Positions 20,310-30,494 of a DNA stretch of 51,243 nucleotides are shown in pieces (the stretch's first letter is position 1; the number at the start of each line of letters is the position of its first letter). Source of the stretch: a virus (Duplodnaviria; Caudoviricetes); the IMG/VR virus record IMGVR_UViG_3300027917_000060, positions 1-51,243 of that record; one strand, given 5' to 3'. The translations under genes were made by a program, and so were the position numbers. The notes under the pieces are model-generated. The model was not told the origin of the DNA. It searched no databases and was given only the letters and a program-made list of their open reading frames with translations.

Positions 20310-23300
20310 TTGTCCCTCGACGGTCCCCCCTCACGGACCTCAATCTCGTACCCGACGAGTGCAGGTAACGATGTGCTGCTAATGTCACGCACCTCGAACG
20401 TATGTCGGTCTGCGTACTGACTCCAATACAGTTTCTTCTGCGTGTTGATCGTATAGCTCTTCGTCTTCGTCGTCGCCGCGCTTGCACCGTCACGGCGGAA
20501 CGTGCCGATGACCGCTTGGGCGCTATCACCTGCAAGGGACTTCGTGGTGCTGCCCTCGAACTTCGGATAGCCAAAGATCGTCATGGTCGCCACGCCCAAG
20601 TTGCCGATGTACATGTCGCCGGTTTTGACTTGGAACGGTATGTTGCCCTGGTCGTCGTAGCCCTCAGCTTGGTCTTCGTTGCCATCACGCTCAATGAACA
20701 CGTCAGATGTAGCTTGCGGAGTACCGACGTCCCACTTGTTTGCCAGGTAGGTCTCAACGATCTCCTGGTCCGTGTCGCTGAGTAGCGAGTCGAAGACCAT
20801 GATCTCGGCAACCCAGGTGTTGTACTGGTCAGGAGAACCAGGGTTGCCGTTGAGTATGGTCTGCATAATGCAGTGAATGTCGAGCGCAAAGTTGTTGTTG
20901 TCCTCGAAGAAAATGCCTATGTCGATTCCATCAATCTCGTGCGTACATACCGCTGGAATATCGCTGTCACGCGTGAACTTGACGAGCCGCCAGGGTGTGC
21001 CGGAGAAATCTGTGCCTCCCTGCGCCAGAGTCTTGTAATCGACTTTGTAGTCACCGCCGTAATTATAATCCGAGCACTGCATCCTACTCCCCGCAGACCC
21101 GTCTATCTTCTGTATGCGCAGCTCGGCTGGAATGTAGCCAGCAGGGTAGGGGCTCATACTCCCCCCAATCAGCGCTTCGTTCTCATCGCTGAGATAGACC
21201 ACACCGAATGCAGTGAATGCTCCCAATGACAACACGCTAAACGTGTTGGCTCCCATGCCACGCGCGCCCGCAAACGACATGATTGGCTTGGAGTTGGGCA
21301 GCGTAGGAGGAGCTGGCGTCGAGCCTGCAACTTTGTACCACGTTGGCTGGTTGCCTATGACTTGTGAGGTCGTAGCATGCCGTGCGCCTGCTGCTTTGTC
21401 TGTCCAGCGTGCGTTCTGCAGGTCAACCCACTCAGTCCCATCGTCAATGTCGTTAGGACTCGTGCCGTCGCCGTATGGATCGTACGCATCGAACCACAGC
21501 GTGGGTGTGAGGGTGAACACGCCCGCTGCGCCCGTTCCTCCACTCCACCCTTGCCACTCCCCATCCGAGTCAAGCCCGTAGTGGTGACAGCGTACGCCCA
21601 TCGGATGCGGGCCAGTAATGAGTGGCGCCTGATTCCCGTCGTTGTCCTGCTTGAGCCGTCCGTAGAAGAAGTGCATCTCCTGGCGATCACCACTCGTGTC
21701 TTCGTACAGCAACTCGATACGACGCATCTGCGGGTTGTTGACCAGCTCGGCAACGCTCAAGTCCACGCCACTCATCAACGTGTCCCAGTCAAGGTCACGC
21801 GACCATTCCTGCAGCGTGCTCACCCCATCCGTCGACCACACGCCAAGCTTGTCCACGGAGATCGCAATCGTACGCCCCGCACCAACGTCGAGTTCGAGGG
21901 AGAGCAACCGTCCCGCGCATCCTCGATGCGTTGACACGTACTCACTCACGCGCGTATCGAACACCCCCGGATCTGTCGCTTGCGGTAGGTAGTTCACAAG
22001 CATGGAGTAGCGCGGAAAATAGACGATGAGCGAACGCCCCGCGTTGCACGTACAGATACTCACGACGTCATCGTTGAGCGGGGTGAGGAATTCAAGGTAG
22101 TACTGCGCAGGAACTTGCTCAGCGCCCTGCGATGAGATGTTTGTTGGTATCGAATAGTGGATACGATTCCCTGTCGTCGGCACGTACACCATCGAACCTT
22201 GGAACAACTTGGCGATCTTGGAGATGGGAGGCGCCCCGTTCAGCGAGGTGTACAACGTCTCGTTCGTGGGGTAGAGAATCGCCAAGGCTTCGTACGCCTC
22301 CTCCGTGCCACGCAGCTGGTTCAGGCCGTAGTACACCACTGTACCAAGCTCGTCAATCGTCGTCGAAGGCACGTCGCCGATGCGATCTTGATACGTCCCG
22401 CCTGCCTCCCACACGTTTGCCTCGCCGATCTTGTAGAAGAACGGAAAGCCCTGGTTGGGCAAGTCGAGTGTGCGGTAGATCACGAACTGCTGTGTGTGGT
22501 CGTTGTTCGCGGCACTCGGAAGTGTGATGTCGATCTGGCCATACGTGTCGGGTGGAACGGCGTCACTAATCGGCGACGCAATCGACTCGTGGGGCACTTC
22601 ATCACTGTCAATGTACTTCTCGGTGATGAGGTAGTACAGCGGGTTCGTCGTCGTGTACGTCCCTACCGCCTGGCCGTTGTCCAGCTCGATCTCGTAGATC
22701 TTGCCTTGAAACCACGGGTCGCCCGTGACGAGCGTGGCTTCGGTCGTTGCACGCACCTTCAACGGCGATAGGTCTCCAAACACCACCGTCGTCAACGTGT
22801 ACTTCGTGACCTTGCTCGTGATCGTCCCGCCCAACGCAGAGATCGTCGTCCAGTTCGCCCCTCCATCCTCGCTCACTTCGATCTTCTGCTTAGCGTTGAT
22901 CCATGACGTACTGACATCCACGTCATGTCCTACTGGATTGATCCCTATGGTGTTAACGCTCGATGCAGACCCATGCGTGATGGTCAGCGTCAAGTTGCCC
23001 GAGATGTCGGCGATCGATCCAGAGAACGACCATGTCGTTACCTTTGGTGAGTTTGCCGTGCGCACCGTGGCATACGCATACGTAGCAAGGTCACTGTCTC
23101 GTGCGTTGTCAACATTGGTGTATGAGCCGCCCGCGCTCGCGGCTGGTGCAGCAGTCGACCCTGTCGCAAGCGCGTTCTCCACCCACGCAGGCTTCTCGTC
23201 AGGCGGTTGCAGTCCAAGCGGACGCCAGTTCCCCTTGCTCCAGTTGTTATCACCATCGCCCGTAGAGTCAACGAACACCGCATTCGCTTCGCGCACGTAG

Positions 23301-23671
23301 TTGATATCTGCGCCATTGCACATAATCCACGTGTCATTGAACGAGGAGAAGTGCGGGATCGCCGTGGTGGACAGCCCGTTCAAACCACTGGATACGAAAC
23401 TCGGCGTGGTCGTGGGTGATGCCTCGTACATCGACCCGCCTGCGCTCGCCACAAGCTTGTCATCGCCGGTTTGGTACTCGTACTTGTGGATGCCGAGGAT
23501 CGTGCCGACGAAACTGTTCCCCGTCGCAGTCCGCCCTGGCTGCTTGTACACATGCGGCGACCCTACACGGTACTCACACCCTTTCGCAGTCTGCAGTTCA
23601 CCAGGCTTGAGTGTCGAGGCGTCTCGCGCAGTCACCAACCCCTGAGAGAAGTTGATCGGAATGTTGGGCAT
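20306..23671 (-). CDS. Tail nozzle / tail tubular protein B-like, with inserted lectin-like domain
   Basis: N-terminus NFSQGLVT...LKPGE is typical of P22 gp10/T7 gp12-like proteins; propeller-like composition; follows the adaptor. Confidence 0.7.
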   Translation of the reverse strand: MPNIPINFSQGLVTARDASTLKPGELQTAKGCEYRVGSPHVYKQPGRTATGNSFVGTILGIHKYEYQTGDDKLVASAGGSMYEASPTTTPSFVSSGLNGLSTTAIPHFSSFNDTWIMCNGADINYVREANAVFVDSTGDGDNNWSKGNWRPLGLQPPDEKPAWVENALATGSTAAPAASAGGSYTNVDNARDSDLATYAYATVRTANSPKVTTWSFSGSIADISGNLTLTITHGSASSVNTIGINPVGHDVDVSTSWINAKQKIEVSEDGGANWTTISALGGTITSKVTKYTLTTVVFGDLSPLKVRATTEATLVTGDPWFQGKIYEIELDNGQAVGTYTTTNPLYYLITEKYIDSDEVPHESIASPISDAVPPDTYGQIDITLPSAANNDHTQQFVIYRTLDLPNQGFPFFYKIGEANVWEAGGTYQDRIGDVPSTTIDELGTVVYYGLNQLRGTEEAYEALAILYPTNETLYTSLNGAPPISKIAKLFQGSMVYVPTTGNRIHYSIPTNISSQGAEQVPAQYYLEFLTPLNDDVVSICTCNAGRSLIVYFPRYSMLVNYLPQATDPGVFDTRVSEYVSTHRGCAGRLLSLELDVGAGRTIAISVDKLGVWSTDGVSTLQEWSRDLDWDTLMSGVDLSVAELVNNPQMRRIELLYEDTSGDRQEMHFFYGRLKQDNDGNQAPLITGPHPMGVRCHHYGLDSDGEWQGWSGGTGAAGVFTLTPTLWFDAYDPYGDGTSPNDIDDGTEWVDLQNARWTDKAAGARHATTSQVIGNQPTWYKVAGSTPAPPTLPNSKPIMSFAGARGMGANTFSVLSLGAFTAFGVVYLSDENEALIGGSMSPYPAGYIPAELRIQKIDGSAGSRMQCSDYNYGGDYKVDYKTLAQGGTDFSGTPWRLVKFTRDSDIPAVCTHEIDGIDIGIFFEDNNNFALDIHCIMQTILNGNPGSPDQYNTWVAEIMVFDSLLSDTDQEIVETYLANKWDVGTPQATSDVFIERDGNEDQAEGYDDQGNIPFQVKTGDMYIGNLGVATMTIFGYPKFEGSTTKSLAGDSAQAVIGTFRRDGASAATTKTKSYTINTQKKLYWSQYADRHTFEVRDISSTSLPALVGYEIEVREGGPSRDK

Positions 23672-24423
23672 TAGCGAATCCTAATAAACAGCTGGCCACG
23701 CAGTGGGTTTCTCTTGCCCGCAAACCTGCGATCCGCAAGCTTGAAGCGCTTGTTCGTGTCCGGGTGACGCTTGTCTACTGCCTTCAACTGCTGCAACGCG
23801 CGCATTTCCAGCCCTTGGAACGCCGCTACGTCTGGATGTCCTGGTCCGTAAAGGTGTATCGCCAGCCGCTTCTGCGCACCATATACCAATGCTGGTTCTA
23901 CTTCTGGCGGTATGTCAAGTGCAGCAGTCACTGAGCTTACAAGTGGAATGCGTCGATAATACTCCACGGTCAGCGTGTAGTCAGTAGCGGCGCCCGAGTC
24001 TGGTGTAGGGCCTAGGTACAACGTGCCGTCCCTCTCCACATTACGGAAAGAGTAAACGACAGGTATGCCCGACCCAATGTAACGGCTACTCCCGTACGCA
24101 TCCTGGTACTGCACGTACGGCAGGTACATCAACAGTAGTTCTTGCGTGGAGTCAGGGGTGTAGATCATACGAGCGATAGACTCGCGATACACGCCATTCC
24201 GCAGCACGATCGTGTTGGCGTCCGCAGTGATCGTCAGATTAGACTCGACCATCTTGTTGAACTCGTAGAGGTGCGAGTTCATTTCCTTGACGGTTTCATC
24301 AAGGAGGTCGAGTGCGACGCCCGCCATCTCGGTGTCGCTGGTCCTGTCAATGCCGTATACGTTGACTACCCTATCAACCAGGGCACTCTGATCAGACACC
24401 TTCTCCTGTTCCCACTGTGCCAT
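23671..24423 (-). CDS. Head-tail adaptor (tail tubular protein A-like)
   Basis: G.PVVYS, LYLGPTPD..YTLTVEYY and DIPPE..PALVYGA motifs of podovirus adaptors. Confidence 0.75.
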   Translation of the reverse strand: MAQWEQEKVSDQSALVDRVVNVYGIDRTSDTEMAGVALDLLDETVKEMNSHLYEFNKMVESNLTITADANTIVLRNGVYRESIARMIYTPDSTQELLLMYLPYVQYQDAYGSSRYIGSGIPVVYSFRNVERDGTLYLGPTPDSGAATDYTLTVEYYRRIPLVSSVTAALDIPPEVEPALVYGAQKRLAIHLYGPGHPDVAAFQGLEMRALQQLKAVDKRHPDTNKRFKLADRRFAGKRNPLRGQLFIRIR

Positions 24424-25516
24424 CCCGTCCTCCTGAGCGAACGATGTCGGCTAGGTCACGCACTGGTCCCTTCTTAACTACTCTCTCATATAAACTTACC
24501 CACTTGTCTACGTGCTTGTCAATGTGCCATTCGTCCACCACCCAATCGTAAAGCTCGCGTGCGGTCCGCTTACGCATTGGAGCGTCGGTAACTAACGCGT
24601 CGATCGCCTCCCGCCATTCATAGTTCCCCGCCACCTTGATCGCTGCGCTCGCCGGGACAGCAGCGTACGTGTCCCAATCGGTGCACAAGAACGCAGCGTT
24701 ACACATCGCTGCGTCGTACGCCTTGATGTGCGACTTCGAGCGGTTGAACTCGTTTTGTGCAACGGGAGCGAATATCACGTCAGGGGCAATCCAGCGCAGC
24801 GTCGCGCGGTACCGCGCCATCCCCATGGTTGGAATCGTAAATACCCGGTTGCGTATTGGATCGGTCGGCGACGGCAGCCACTTCAACGCCCAGTCTGGCA
24901 AGCAGCCAAGGAAGAACAGGCGCAAGTTCGGGTGGTCCTCCATGGCATGGACCAGCGCATCCTCAATCGTGTCCAAATCCCCTTTACGGCCTAGATTTCC
25001 AGCGAACATAAAGCGAACAGAATCGTCTTGGTGACGCTGCGGGTCCTTATCAAGCTGCCAATCCGGGGGGTAGACGCAGTTCGGTAATACCCACGACAGC
25101 TTGCAATCCTCGTCAAGTTGCTCCTGCAGGCGCGGTGTTGACACAGACACCGCGTCTGACATCCGCAGCATCATTCGCGTAATACGCCTGCCCTGCGAGC
25201 CGCCGTGATAGTCCCCAAAAGCGATGTTGTACGCTGGGACGTTCATGAAGTCATCGTCGATGTCCGTAATGAATGGGATCTCGGCATATTCACGCGCGGC
25301 TACAATGTACTTAAGAATCTCGTGGTTGATGACGTAGCCTGTGTGCAGGATGTCGTAATCCTTAACGTGCTTCATCAGCCACAAGTCAATGCGATCTTCG
25401 AAAGCGTTAGGATGCAGCTCTATGTCAACTCCTGCGCGCTTCAAGGCAGCGACTCCCAGCTCCGCGCGATAGTACCGCACGCCTCCAGCTTGTGGATGGA
25501 TTACACCGATACGCAT
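24392..25516 (-). CDS. Glycosyltransferase, GT-B fold (GT4-like)
   Basis: Start moved to 25516 (MRIGVIHP). Motifs YYR, TDIDDD, DAVSVSTPRL, VLPNC and APVAQNEFNRSKSHIKAYD. Confidence 0.85.
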   Translation of the reverse strand: MRIGVIHPQAGGVRYYRAELGVAALKRAGVDIELHPNAFEDRIDLWLMKHVKDYDILHTGYVINHEILKYIVAAREYAEIPFITDIDDDFMNVPAYNIAFGDYHGGSQGRRITRMMLRMSDAVSVSTPRLQEQLDEDCKLSWVLPNCVYPPDWQLDKDPQRHQDDSVRFMFAGNLGRKGDLDTIEDALVHAMEDHPNLRLFFLGCLPDWALKWLPSPTDPIRNRVFTIPTMGMARYRATLRWIAPDVIFAPVAQNEFNRSKSHIKAYDAAMCNAAFLCTDWDTYAAVPASAAIKVAGNYEWREAIDALVTDAPMRKRTARELYDWVVDEWHIDKHVDKWVSLYERVVKKGPVRDLADIVRSGGRDGTVGTGEGV

Positions 25517-26079
25517 GTCGCAACGTCCTGTGGATAGACGAACTTCGAACCTTGTGGAAAGAACAGGTCCATGTTTTGAATGTAGTTGTCCATGCACGGT
25601 GTCATGTGCCCGTGCACACCACGCACGCCGTGTGTTTCGGGCATGTTATAGACATACTCCGGTACGCCAGAGTGTCCTACGCGAAATGTCTGATGTGATG
25701 CAACGCAGTAGTTCATGCGCTTGCATCCCTCGTAAACGTCAAGATCCAGCAGCCAAGCAGGCGCACGAAACACTGGCGAATCAATCCCCATCTTCTTCGC
25801 GAGCTTAAGCTTTCGCACAGTCTCGTCGTCCGTCCAGTGCAGGCACTCACCACGTGTGTGCCGCCAACCATGCGGCGCTAGCTGAATCCACTTCCTGCCG
25901 AAGCGCTCATTCAGCGCAACGATCTTGTCCAATGCAACACACGTCGTCCGCTTCGGGATGGTGAACAGCGTAACCTTGAAGCCGCTATGCTTCTCTTTCA
26001 GCCTGACGAGTGGGTCCAACTCGTCGATCGTCGCGTCACAATAATCATCGAAATCTACGCAGAACTTCTTGGCGCTCAT
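25501..26079 (-). CDS. Polysaccharide deacetylase-like protein (NodB/CE4-like fold)
   Basis: VDFDD, VTLFTIP, APHGWRH, FRAPAW and HGH motifs. Confidence 0.75.
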   Translation of the reverse strand: MSAKKFCVDFDDYCDATIDELDPLVRLKEKHSGFKVTLFTIPKRTTCVALDKIVALNERFGRKWIQLAPHGWRHTRGECLHWTDDETVRKLKLAKKMGIDSPVFRAPAWLLDLDVYEGCKRMNYCVASHQTFRVGHSGVPEYVYNMPETHGVRGVHGHMTPCMDNYIQNMDLFFPQGSKFVYPQDVATCVSV

Positions 26080-26711
26080 TCAAACTCCCTGCCTATGTAT
26101 TTGAACAACACGTCGAACGTGTTTTTGTAGGGGATACAGGCGTACTCCATGCGCCAGTTCGGGTACGGCTTGAACAGCTCGATCCAGCCGATCGGGTTCG
26201 AGGTCCACCCGTAGTGCGAGGGGTTCTCGTCGAACTTCTCCTTGCTCTCGAGCGGTAGGGAGAGGTAGATGTACTTACGTGTCACACGTACCATCTCGTC
26301 AATGGCCTTCGGGATGTTGTAGCAGTGCTCCAGAGCTTGAGCGCTGAACGTGCACTGGTAAGCGTCATTGTCGAACGGAAGCTCGTGCATGTCGCAACAC
26401 ACCGCATCGCTAATCGTTTTGGCCTTCTCAATGAACTCCGGGATGATGTCCACCCCCATCACCTCCACAGTCGGCACGCGATTGATAAACTCGCGCATCT
26501 CGTAACCGACACGGCAGCCTAGAACGAGGATCTCGTTGGGACGTACACCCTGCGAGTGCATCCACTGGCAGAACAGCCCGGCGTTGATCTTCCCACGCTC
26601 GAACGGGTGCTCGATACTACCGTCGCTATGCCGTGTGTTCACGGACCGCTGCCGCTTGACGTAGCTCTCAGGCTCCTCGTCAAGGCGCCCACCTACGAAC
26701 TTAATAGCCAT
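26076..26711 (-). CDS. Class I SAM-dependent methyltransferase
   Basis: ILVLGCRVG, GVDI, DMHELPF and ALEH...EMVRV motifs. Start uncertain (26711 or 26735). Confidence 0.85.
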   Translation of the reverse strand: MAIKFVGGRLDEEPESYVKRQRSVNTRHSDGSIEHPFERGKINAGLFCQWMHSQGVRPNEILVLGCRVGYEMREFINRVPTVEVMGVDIIPEFIEKAKTISDAVCCDMHELPFDNDAYQCTFSAQALEHCYNIPKAIDEMVRVTRKYIYLSLPLESKEKFDENPSHYGWTSNPIGWIELFKPYPNWRMEYACIPYKNTFDVLFKYIGREFE

Positions 26712-27435
26712 GCTGTGCCCTAATGAAGTCGTCACATACCCTGCGAAATCGAGCCATGTTATCCACGGATGTCTCCTTACCGATCTTGTCCTCTGGGCGG
26801 TCCTTGCCGCCGATGTGGTACGCCTCGCCTGGGCCGATCATGTATGCCTCCATACCGAAGCGCAGCATGAATCGACAGCCTAGATCGTAGTCTACAAGAC
26901 CGTAGTCCTTGTACTCTAAGTCATGTCCTCCGACCGCGAAGTAGTCCTTCTTGCGCATGATCCAGTGCAAGTCGCGAAAGTCAGGGAACGCTTTGGGGTG
27001 CCCGCCCTTAAGCCGCCAGTCTTCGCGCTCGATCGGCAGGTCGGGGTACATGTCAACGGTGACATCGTGGGGCACGTCGTGCGTAGTGCCATAGACGATC
27101 AGCTCGGGCTCGGCGTACTCCAAGTTTGCTTCTATGGAACCAGGAGCGAGCACGACGTCGCCGTCGATATGCAAGACGTACTCAGTATCTGCGGCTTCCA
27201 TGCCTTGACGGATGGACTTGTGTGCGCCGAAGCCTTCGTGCTTGTGGTCCAGCAATCGCACAAGAAGAAGTGCGCGAGTCTCCTCGTTCGACTCTAGCAT
27301 GTTATCGTCAGTCCAAGGCTCGTCGTTCACGATGATCACACTGCGGATCGCATCAATGTTCGCGAGCAGCCCTGCCCGCACGAGCGGCCACGTTTTCTGC
27401 TTGCGGTAGTAATCTATGACGACGTCAACTTGCAT
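26701..27435 (-). CDS. Glycosyltransferase, GT-A fold (GT2/GT7C-like)
   Basis: VIIVND, LHIDGD (DxD), GGHDLEYKDYGLVDYD and YHI motifs. Confidence 0.85.
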   Translation of the reverse strand: MQVDVVIDYYRKQKTWPLVRAGLLANIDAIRSVIIVNDEPWTDDNMLESNEETRALLLVRLLDHKHEGFGAHKSIRQGMEAADTEYVLHIDGDVVLAPGSIEANLEYAEPELIVYGTTHDVPHDVTVDMYPDLPIEREDWRLKGGHPKAFPDFRDLHWIMRKKDYFAVGGHDLEYKDYGLVDYDLGCRFMLRFGMEAYMIGPGEAYHIGGKDRPEDKIGKETSVDNMARFRRVCDDFIRAQHGY

Positions 27436-28757
27436 TGTGCTATTTCCTTGCGGGCTTCGGCTTCAGTAACTCCGTACTCATAGATGTTCCTCATGTCGGC
27501 AAGTTCGCGTAGCTCAGTCAGCCACGCACGAACACGCGCAGCATCGCCCCACACCTTCGCCCATTCTCCAGGTTTGCCGATCGTGTGGAATCCTGCCGCG
27601 AAGTCCTCACTGTCCACGTCGATCTCTGGGAATCCGAACTTCGTTGGGTTGCGCCAGACTTGCGTACCTGGAAGAGGCACGAAGGCGTGGAAGCCCCATT
27701 TGTCTACAGGTGCCGTCTCGATGAACCGCTTCGTCTCTGCGATCGTCGCGACGTCCTCACCTGGGAACCCTACGATCATCTGGCCCCGGATGCCCATGCC
27801 TGCGTTCTTCACACAACGGATGGCACTCCAAGCCTCTTCCATCGTCTCGCACTTGTCCATGCGCTTGAGCATCTTGTCGCTGCCAGTCTCGAAGCCGAAA
27901 GTGACGTTCTGGCATCCCGCTGAGGCGAGCACATCAGCGAGCGCCTGATCCATCGTGTCGGCGCGGCACAGGCAATGCCACTTGAACTTGTGCTGCGGGA
28001 AGACGTTTTCGCACAGATGGTGCACACGCTTCTTGTTGATATTGAACGTATCGTCTTCGATGTAGATCAGGTCACACTCGTAGTCCTTGAGCAAGACGTC
28101 GAGTTCTGTGTGGAGATGCTCGTCGCTTAGGTAGCGTACAGCGCGGCCTGTAATGGCCGCCTGCGCGCAGAACGCACAATCGAACGGGCAACCGCGTCCC
28201 GTTTGTAGATAACCTTCATAGCGTACGCCGTCAGTCACGTACCTATTGATACCTACGTTGTGAAACGACCACATGTCTACGAGGTCACGTGCAGGACATA
28301 CGATCTTGCCCGCAGGCACACGCGGAAACTTCGATGCGTAGCCATGCAACCCATCGACCTTTTCACTCGGCCCGTTGTACATGAACTCGACGATGGCCTC
28401 GTCGCTCTCACCTACGAACGCATAATCCGCGTCCAGATGCTTCAAGCTCCACGCAGGCAACGCACTGACATGCGGCCCACCAACGATGATTTCGACTTTG
28501 CGGCGCGTACGTGCACGAATATGCTGAATCACGCGCTTCGCGATCGGTGCCTGCGCGCTCACGAGCGAGACGCCGTACACATCTGCGTCCGGGATGAGCC
28601 ACTTGTCCTCCGGCACTCCCACAAGATCGGCTACCTGAACTTCGATGCCTTCGAAGCGCAGAGAAGCCGCGAGGTACAGCACCCCCATCAACGGCAAATC
28701 ACGATCATTGATTAGCCAGGGGCTAGGCAGCTGTATCAGGACAATCTTTTCGCGCAC
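27414..28757 (-). CDS. B12-binding radical SAM enzyme (class B methyltransferase-like)
   Basis: N-terminal cobalamin domain (PLMGVLYLAA, IVGGPH, GESD), RGCPFDCAFC (CxxxCxxC), EDDTF, GFETG and VGFPGE. Confidence 0.93.
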   Translation of the reverse strand: MREKIVLIQLPSPWLINDRDLPLMGVLYLAASLRFEGIEVQVADLVGVPEDKWLIPDADVYGVSLVSAQAPIAKRVIQHIRARTRRKVEIIVGGPHVSALPAWSLKHLDADYAFVGESDEAIVEFMYNGPSEKVDGLHGYASKFPRVPAGKIVCPARDLVDMWSFHNVGINRYVTDGVRYEGYLQTGRGCPFDCAFCAQAAITGRAVRYLSDEHLHTELDVLLKDYECDLIYIEDDTFNINKKRVHHLCENVFPQHKFKWHCLCRADTMDQALADVLASAGCQNVTFGFETGSDKMLKRMDKCETMEEAWSAIRCVKNAGMGIRGQMIVGFPGEDVATIAETKRFIETAPVDKWGFHAFVPLPGTQVWRNPTKFGFPEIDVDSEDFAAGFHTIGKPGEWAKVWGDAARVRAWLTELRELADMRNIYEYGVTEAEARKEIAQCKLTSS

Positions 28758-29586
28758 GCTCTTTGTACCTCTCTAGCATATTTACGCTGTCTAGGTGTTT
28801 ACGCTGAGGGGTGTAAGCGTAATGCACAAATAAAGCTGAGCCGCAAAAGCACACTGGGCGCTCCAAACTCTCCGCCAGTGTCGTCGTCAACCACATCTCA
28901 TCATGCGCTACCTTGCCAGATGTCGCACGGCAGTTCTGGTACGGTATCTCGTCTCCGTAGTATGCATACACATGGTTCGGTGCGCGAAAGTAATCCTCGA
29001 CAACGATGCGCTCGAACAGGAACTCCTTGGTTGACCGGGCGTCAGCATGCGCCAAAAAGCTGTCATGCACTGCTTGTACCCAACCAACATCGTAATGTCC
29101 AACTGGGTCACTGGAATACCTGTTGCAAGGCCGCCAGTTTCGCACGTCTTTTGGCAATGCACCCAATCTCTGATGCTCCACGTTGCAATATGTGTTGTTC
29201 ACGATGTTGCCTACGACAGCCAAGTACTCACGATTCTGCCGTCTAAAGCTGGCTAGCTTCGAGATAGCGCCACGCGCCATCCACACGATGTCATCATCCA
29301 TCTTGATGTACATCTGCCCTGGCTCTTCACAGAATTGGTAGTACTCATCATACGGGTAGAACTCACCCTTCACCGCATCAGTCTCTCGGTTGGGCAACAC
29401 CTTCAACATGAACGTGTCCCTGTGCTCTGCAGCGAGGTCACGAATGTACTGCTTGTCGTCCTTGTCCTCCCATACGTTATCCCACAGCATGACGTACTTG
29501 TACGTCTTACGCTCTCGAAGTAAATAGGGGACCAAGACCTCCAGGTGGCGGCGCCTCCCACACGGAATGCACACAATCGGCTTCAT
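28723..29586 (-). CDS. Putative GT-A fold glycosyltransferase
   Basis: IPCGRRRHLEVL, YIKMDDDIVW (DxD), DE.WL and VHYAY motifs; cassette context. Confidence 0.65.
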   Translation of the reverse strand: MKPIVCIPCGRRRHLEVLVPYLLRERKTYKYVMLWDNVWEDKDDKQYIRDLAAEHRDTFMLKVLPNRETDAVKGEFYPYDEYYQFCEEPGQMYIKMDDDIVWMARGAISKLASFRRQNREYLAVVGNIVNNTYCNVEHQRLGALPKDVRNWRPCNRYSSDPVGHYDVGWVQAVHDSFLAHADARSTKEFLFERIVVEDYFRAPNHVYAYYGDEIPYQNCRATSGKVAHDEMWLTTTLAESLERPVCFCGSALFVHYAYTPQRKHLDSVNMLERYKERARKDCPDTAA

Positions 29587-30494
29587 TTACGTCCCTCACA
29601 CAAATCCACCCACCTAAACATGTTCTCACCGATCTTGGCGAAATAGTCGCTATCCACAGGGAAATCACGCAAACGTGCTGCGATCTTGCAGTATGACTGC
29701 ACTAACGACGACGCACGTACGTCCATGCTCCACACAAACTGCCACAACTCGCGGTGTATGCGATCGCCGGGCGCTTCCTTGTCCTTGTTTGCTTCGACAG
29801 ACGAGGCACGCTCGTGGTAGACCTGTGCGCCTCCATTGACGAAAGCCCAGTCGTGCTCGCTGAGCGCTTTCTGCGCAAACATCCCGCCCCATATGTCTGC
29901 GTAGCGGTCAAACGGTGTACCTTCGCCCTGTGCAGGTTGGTACATCACCTGCGTCACATCACGCTTGAAGCCAATGTTCATTGCAGATTGCGCGAATGGA
30001 GGGTGAATACGGCGCCATGCATTGCTCTTGTGATAGTACGGCACGATGGCGTGATGCATGTCGAACGCAGAATAATCAAGCACTCCGTTCCACAATCCGT
30101 GTGTGAGCGCGACAGGCATCAGCAAGCCTGAGCGCGGCATACCACGCGTGTATACCCCTTCGACCGTGAAGTTCCAATGAGGCACAGGCACTGACAGCCC
30201 GTCACTATGCTGCGCCGCCCACCACTTCGGGACGAAGCAATCGTCGTCCACAGTGAGAACGTAGTCATAACCATCAAGATACGCCTGCAAGAATCCAGCG
30301 CTACGAATCGAGTCGCAGCGTTGGCCGTACATTTCGGGCTCTGGCGCTACGATGTGGTGCACCTCCTGCCCATTCTCGTCTACATTGCGGCGCTCGCGAT
30401 CATGCACGACATACCACTTCACAGGCACAGTCTGCTCTGGGACTTTGAAGCCACGACACGTAGGCACTACAGCCGCAATCCTAGGGCGCTGCAT
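29583..30494 (-). CDS. RGP/GT75-like protein (reversibly glycosylated polypeptide / NDP-sugar mutase family)
   Basis: Start moved to 30494 (GGAG RBS). Motifs IRSAGF, TVDDDC, YTRGMP, HGLWNGVLDY, MNIGFKRD and RYADIWGG. Confidence 0.75.
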   Translation of the reverse strand: MQRPRIAAVVPTCRGFKVPEQTVPVKWYVVHDRERRNVDENGQEVHHIVAPEPEMYGQRCDSIRSAGFLQAYLDGYDYVLTVDDDCFVPKWWAAQHSDGLSVPVPHWNFTVEGVYTRGMPRSGLLMPVALTHGLWNGVLDYSAFDMHHAIVPYYHKSNAWRRIHPPFAQSAMNIGFKRDVTQVMYQPAQGEGTPFDRYADIWGGMFAQKALSEHDWAFVNGGAQVYHERASSVEANKDKEAPGDRIHRELWQFVWSMDVRASSLVQSYCKIAARLRDFPVDSDYFAKIGENMFRWVDLCEGRK

